From the IMG/VR virus record IMGVR_UViG_3300006155_000004: a stretch of DNA of 64,000 nt; one strand, written 5' to 3'. The first letter of the stretch is position 1. Each line of letters begins with the position of its first letter. The translations under genes were made by a program, and so were the position numbers. The notes under the pieces were generated by a model. It saw nothing but the letters and a program-made list of their open reading frames with translations, was not told the origin of the DNA and did not search any database. Source of the stretch: a virus. This document shows positions 61,589 through 64,000 of this stretch, one piece after another.

Positions 61589-62320
61589 ATGGAAAGAAAA
61601 TCCAACAGAAAATTAGCAACAGAAAGACAGATTTCGTATGCAAATGCAATTTCAAGCACGCTTGGTTCTGGTCTTTCTTTTTCAAAAGATGATAGTTATT
61701 ACGAAGTAAACAAATTCATAACAGAAAACGAGGAAAAATATAAAAACAAAGGTAATGAAAAACTTGCAAGTATAAGGCAAATTGACTACGCAAACGCTAT
61801 ATCCAATTTCTGCAATATCGGCATTTCTTTTGATGAAAATAGTACATACATAGAAGTTGCAGATTTCATATCGAAAAATAAAGACGAATACATGAGAATG
61901 AGATGGAGAGAGTCCATTTGCGAATATAAAAAAACGGAAAACAGCATTGATGTTCCAAAAGAAAGCATGTTGTTTATTTGTGATAACTTGTTTAAGAAAC
62001 ATGGGTTATACGCATTTATCGGAAAAGATGACATGGTTTTGTATATTGGAAAATCAATAGATTTATCATCAAGAATACCAACATCGTACAAAGAAAGAAA
62101 AGAATATGCAAAAATAAATAAGATTATGTATTATGTTGATGAAAACATGGCAAACGTAAACATAATGGAAATATTGCTGATAGCAGAATATAACCCGGTT
62201 TTAAATACAGAAAGTAAAACTGAAGATGTTCCCACAAAATTTCACAGCGGGATTGATATATTAAACGATTTCAAAGAGATACCGCATTTTTGTGATTGTG
62301 AAATGGGGGTGGGGGCATGA
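61589..62320 (+). CDS. GIY-YIG nuclease with two N-terminal (K)LA(T/S)xRQIxYANAIS repeats
   Basis: GLYAFIGKDDMVLYIGKSIDLSSRI; EILLIAEYNPVLN. Confidence 0.7.
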   Translation: MERKSNRKLATERQISYANAISSTLGSGLSFSKDDSYYEVNKFITENEEKYKNKGNEKLASIRQIDYANAISNFCNIGISFDENSTYIEVADFISKNKDEYMRMRWRESICEYKKTENSIDVPKESMLFICDNLFKKHGLYAFIGKDDMVLYIGKSIDLSSRIPTSYKERKEYAKINKIMYYVDENMANVNIMEILLIAEYNPVLNTESKTEDVPTKFHSGIDILNDFKEIPHFCDCEMGVGA

Positions 62321-63390
62321 GTGATTTAGTTGCCGTATCTGAAAAAGAAATTGAAGAAAAAGTTAAGTTTTTATCTTCCGCAAAATGCAACCATACACAG
62401 CATATGTATATTGACATTACTGGAGATTTGGTGCAGGGCACGCTTTTGTCAAGGATAATGTACTGGTTTTCTGTTGATAAAAACAAAAAATCAAAAGTCC
62501 GCATATTTAAAGACGATTATTTTTGGATTGCAAAACAGCGCAAGGACTGGTGGGAAGAAATACGGATAACCGAAAGGCAGTACGATAAAGCCATTAAAGA
62601 GTTAGAGAAAAAAGGATTTGTTGTACTTGCTAAATATAAATTTAACTCTATGCCAACGATACATATAAGACCAGATTATGAAAATATAAATTCTGCAACA
62701 AAGGAATGGGAAAATCAGTTGCGAAAAGAAATTGTTGCAGAGTACAAAAGAGAATTACAGAATGAGACAGACGGGAATAACACAAAATGTAATTCCCAAG
62801 GGATTGGCACAAAGTGCAAAACGGGAGTTACGCAAGAAAGCAATCTTTTAACATTGATTACTAACAATGACTACTCTGACATTAATTACATACCAGAAAC
62901 TACAAAGGCAGAAACATTATCTAAAGATAATGACGAGGCAGATACAATCTCTTCAAAAAAGAGCTTGCCGACCTACGCCAAAAAGAAAACCAGATCAGAG
63001 TTGATGGAACTTGAAGCCGATATGTGCAGACGGTTTGTAAAGATTGGCAGTCAGTATGACATAACCGACACAGCCCTTAAAAACATAGTCAATGCGTTTG
63101 CGAGGTATTCTAGTAAATTTACAGAGCGTACAGAGAAAATACATCCGATTCTGAAAGATAAAACTCTGGAAAAGATATTTGTTACACTGGCGACAATATC
63201 GGATACAGAGTACAGCCATTTTGAAAATGTAGCGGACTATGAGCCAGACATCGACGGATTGAGTTATCTTGACAAAATGGTGGACGAACACTTTAGCTCC
63301 GAACATGGAGGCAGTACAGACTGGCATATCTCTCATTTTGCAAGACCTGATTATCTAGAAAAGATGGCACAGCATATTGTTGAGTGGTAG
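62317..63390 (+). CDS. replication-organiser-like protein (DnaD/wHTH-type N-terminus)
   Basis: GTLLSRIMYWFSVDK..FWIAKQRKDWWEEIRITERQYDKAIKELEKKGFV..PTIHIR. Confidence 0.6.
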   Translation: MSDLVAVSEKEIEEKVKFLSSAKCNHTQHMYIDITGDLVQGTLLSRIMYWFSVDKNKKSKVRIFKDDYFWIAKQRKDWWEEIRITERQYDKAIKELEKKGFVVLAKYKFNSMPTIHIRPDYENINSATKEWENQLRKEIVAEYKRELQNETDGNNTKCNSQGIGTKCKTGVTQESNLLTLITNNDYSDINYIPETTKAETLSKDNDEADTISSKKSLPTYAKKKTRSELMELEADMCRRFVKIGSQYDITDTALKNIVNAFARYSSKFTERTEKIHPILKDKTLEKIFVTLATISDTEYSHFENVADYEPDIDGLSYLDKMVDEHFSSEHGGSTDWHISHFARPDYLEKMAQHIVEW

Positions 63391-63402
63391 GGAGGTTATC
63401 TG

Positions 63403-63696
63403 ATGGAATACTCAAACACACGTTTATGCAGCGGATATTTAAACAAACCAAAACCCTGTGAACATTTTGAAAGCTGCGACATGAAGATCGGGTTTCAGTG
63501 GGACGAGAACGGAAACGAGCATTACATAATTGGCAGGGGTTGTAATTCCATGAGCTGCAAGCGAGACAATCCGGATTACAAGCCATTGACCAAGGCACAG
63601 TTCATAGAGATGTATAAGCAAATGCCGAACCGCACAAATATTTCTCTTTATGTGCTATTGGAGTGCGCAAGGATTAACGGAATGGTGGAGGAATAG
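63403..63696 (+). CDS. hypothetical Cys-containing protein
   Basis: ORF track. Confidence 0.5.
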   Translation: MEYSNTRLCSGYLNKPKPCEHFESCDMKIGFQWDENGNEHYIIGRGCNSMSCKRDNPDYKPLTKAQFIEMYKQMPNRTNISLYVLLECARINGMVEE

Positions 63697-63699
63697 CTT

Positions 63700-64000
63700 A
63701 TGAATCGCCAACAAAGACGCTATGCAGAGCGCAAAAACCAAAAATACAAAACCGCCACATACAACCTCACCAAGAGCCAGCTTGATAATGCCGTCAAAGA
63801 TTCCGTCAAGTCAGAACTGGAAAAAGCATACCAGGACGGCGTAAATGAGGGAGTAAATCAGGCGATGATTCTGTTGCTTACCTTGCCGCTTGAAGTCCTC
63901 ATGGATTTCTACTGGAAGAAAAGCTATACAAAGAAAATTCCCGAATTTACCCAATACGTACTGGATTATTACGCGGCATGGCAGAACGGCGAACTGGACA
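63700..64000 (+). CDS. hypothetical protein, 3' partial at the window edge
   Basis: ATG 4 nt after the upstream stop; open to the end of the window. Confidence 0.45.
   Translation, partial: MNRQQRRYAERKNQKYKTATYNLTKSQLDNAVKDSVKSELEKAYQDGVNEGVNQAMILLLTLPLEVLMDFYWKKSYTKKIPEFTQYVLDYYAAWQNGELD

Noticed and set aside
61300-61659. ORFs 61304..61576 (+) and 61300..61659 (-)
   Set aside because: They are mutually overlapping on opposite strands over a hairpin-rich, tRNA-like region. There is no RBS and the composition is implausible.
1-64000. Global TGA recoding (genetic code 4 or 25)
   Set aside because: Many well-supported genes end in TGA within ATGA start-stop overlaps or are followed quickly by other stops. 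Only a handful of TGAs show coding-like continuation.
1-64000. Search for CRISPR arrays, reverse transcriptases (retron/DGR) and classic defence domains (TIR, SIR2, STAND, PLD, cyclase)
   Set aside because: I recognised none of these in any frame of the ORF track. The only toxin-like gene seen is the MazF homolog.

Overview
AT-rich, Firmicutes/Clostridia-style mobile DNA. I see no housekeeping gene anywhere in the 64 kb. Layout: (1) 1-1.3 kb is the end of a phage late/lysis module, with an Amidase_2 endolysin. (2) 1.7-5.2 kb is a lysogeny-control region with two divergent XRE repressor/Cro-type pairs, an XRE-MazF pair and an ORF6N antirepressor-like gene. (3) 5.2-39.4 kb is one long plus-strand early operon: Rha, a stand-alone Spo0A C-terminal-domain protein, a Rad50-like ATPase, RecT, SSBs, MT-A70 and C5 methyltransferases, an SF2 helicase, GIY-YIG, DnaD-like and G39P-like replication proteins, RNase HI and two YopX proteins. 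An IS with 16/18 terminal inverted repeats and a 6-bp target duplication interrupts it at 13841-15738. (4) 39.6-41.4 kb holds xis and int, followed by eight ATGGTGTA repeats on both sides of a 190-bp AT-rich core, which looks like an attP. (5) 41.4-50.2 kb is an accessory island with sigma-region-4-like and RHH regulators, HNH_3-like paralogs and a cluster of Gln-, Gly/Cys- and Cys-rich proteins I cannot place. It includes a gene cassette bounded by perfect 22-bp inverted repeats. (6) 50.4-57.1 kb is a second phage- or satellite-like module: RHH regulators with operators, AntA, a leftward cluster with a very acidic protein, a Rep-like gene with iterons and an AT-rich repeat field, and an orphan small terminase. 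(7) 57.2-64 kb is a third module: a GC-rich, hairpin-dense non-coding block, a serine recombinase with a catalytically degenerate paralog, an island of tRNAs and tRNA remnants, GIY-YIG and a replication protein. The most interesting items are these: a LAGLIDADG intein sitting exactly on the catalytic PCQ cysteine of a multi-TRD C5 methyltransferase that is also split across three frames; the low-complexity Cys/Gly/Gln-rich cluster with its candidate invertible cassette; the candidate large structured RNA next to the tRNA island; and several in-frame TGA codons followed by coding-like sequence. Several genes are broken at homopolymer runs. The locus is therefore either decaying or carries homopolymer sequencing errors, which limits all frame-based claims. 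All functional calls rest on motif recognition by eye, with no database search.
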